Shown here piece by piece: positions 62,964 through 64,000 of a stretch of DNA of 64,000 bases. The translations under genes were made by a program, and so were the position numbers. The DNA is taken from the NCBI GenBank assembly GCA_013265495.1, contig MU061547.1, forward strand, positions 124,001-188,000, given 5' to 3'. Source of the stretch: Vicugna vicugna (Eukaryota). Under the pieces are notes generated by a model. The model had not been told where the DNA came from. It did not search any database and worked only from the letters and a program-made list of their open reading frames with translations. Position 1 is the stretch's first letter, and each line of letters opens with the position of its first letter.

Positions 62964-64000
62964 GACAGTGTGAAGCCAAGCCTGGCCGGCTGCTGCTGCC
63001 GCCTTTGGGTATGAATTTGGGAGGTGGGAAGCGGGAGGTCCTGGGAGCAGGGGAGGGAGTGGCTTGTCTGGGGCCCTGGGCCGACCCCGGGGGCCGCTCA
63101 GCCCCACCTGGCTGGGAGCAGATGCTGCCAGTGCCCACTGCCCCTCCATGCCACTTGGTAGGACCCCAAGGTGGGAGTGAGCCCCCCAGAAGGGCCGCCT
63201 CGGTCATTCCCAGCTCTCTTCAGGGGGGTCTGGGGGCTGTGCGGGTGGGCTGCATTAGAGAGGAGACGCTTGCACCTTCATATGCCATGCTGTGGTGAGA
63301 AAAACATCTGAGAAAAGCAACTTTGTTTCCCAGAGTTCCTGGGCAGGGGCTCTGATAACCCTTCTCTCCCTGAGTCCTGACCTTTAGAATAAGGACCTGA
63401 GTTTATGATTCCTGCTGTATAAATCCCCGGTTTGCTCCACCCCGCCCCCCCGGGACCTTTTCACATAACCACTTCGAGTTTAAACCCATGAAAAGTTGGT
63501 GCCCTCGGTCCCCGCCACCTTATGAGTAACAGGTGCTTGCTGCCCTGTGTGCTCTGGACCTGGGGCAGAGGACTGCCCTTCCCCCAGCTCACGGCGCCCC
63601 CTGGCTTCTGGGACCTGAAATGATCAATCTTGTGACTACTTCCTTTGTGCGGATGTGCCCTCAGTCAAAACCCTGTGGGTTTCACTTTCCCAAAGCGGGA
63701 GCTGGATGACGGGGGCGCTGCCTGCCGCCCCTGCGTGGCTGGCTCATGCCCCCTCAATCAGCACGTCACAGTCTGCATATTCAATACACCAACTCTGGCG
63801 TCTCAGCACACAAGGGCCCCCACCTGCCCAGCAACCTCCTTTGACTCCTTCCCTCCCTCGAGGACACTGCTCTTCCAAACCCTGTCCTGGGCCTGTTCTC
63901 CGCAGAAGGGCTTAATGGCTATCTTCTGAGCAGGCACAGACCTGGTTATGTGGGTCTGAAGTGCGTACGATTTGAGGGGCACTTGACAAGAAAACAGTAA

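Overview
Mammalian nuclear DNA, most likely from a camelid (inferred from the tRNA-derived Vic-1-like SINEs and young L1 3' ends); nothing prokaryotic is present. The right part holds a complete 7-exon CLN6 gene on the + strand (CDS 49251-61974, 939 nt, 312 aa, all GT-AG introns) with a CpG-island promoter. The codon at the position of the conserved Met1 reads GTG in a strong Kozak context, and no ATG precedes it. The middle holds an old, heavily decayed NUMT on the - strand (~20150-31285; roughly 8 kb of mtDNA running control region-12S-16S-ND1-ND2-COX1-COX2 with the tRNAs and OriL). Seven later L1/SINE insertions interrupt it, most with visible target-site duplications (TSDs). The left part is a mosaic of AT-rich DNA carrying an orphan, frameshifted LAMA2-like exon with intact splice sites, a decayed class I ERV (gag-MA and env-TM remnants) and GC-rich unassigned DNA. 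The rest is ordinary L1/L2/MIR/LTR/SINE debris plus two assembly gaps. I found no new multi-gene system. The most interesting items are the possible GUG initiation of CLN6, the fossil mitochondrial genome and the LAMA2 duplicon. Comparisons with orthologues and repeat families are from recalled sequences, not database searches.
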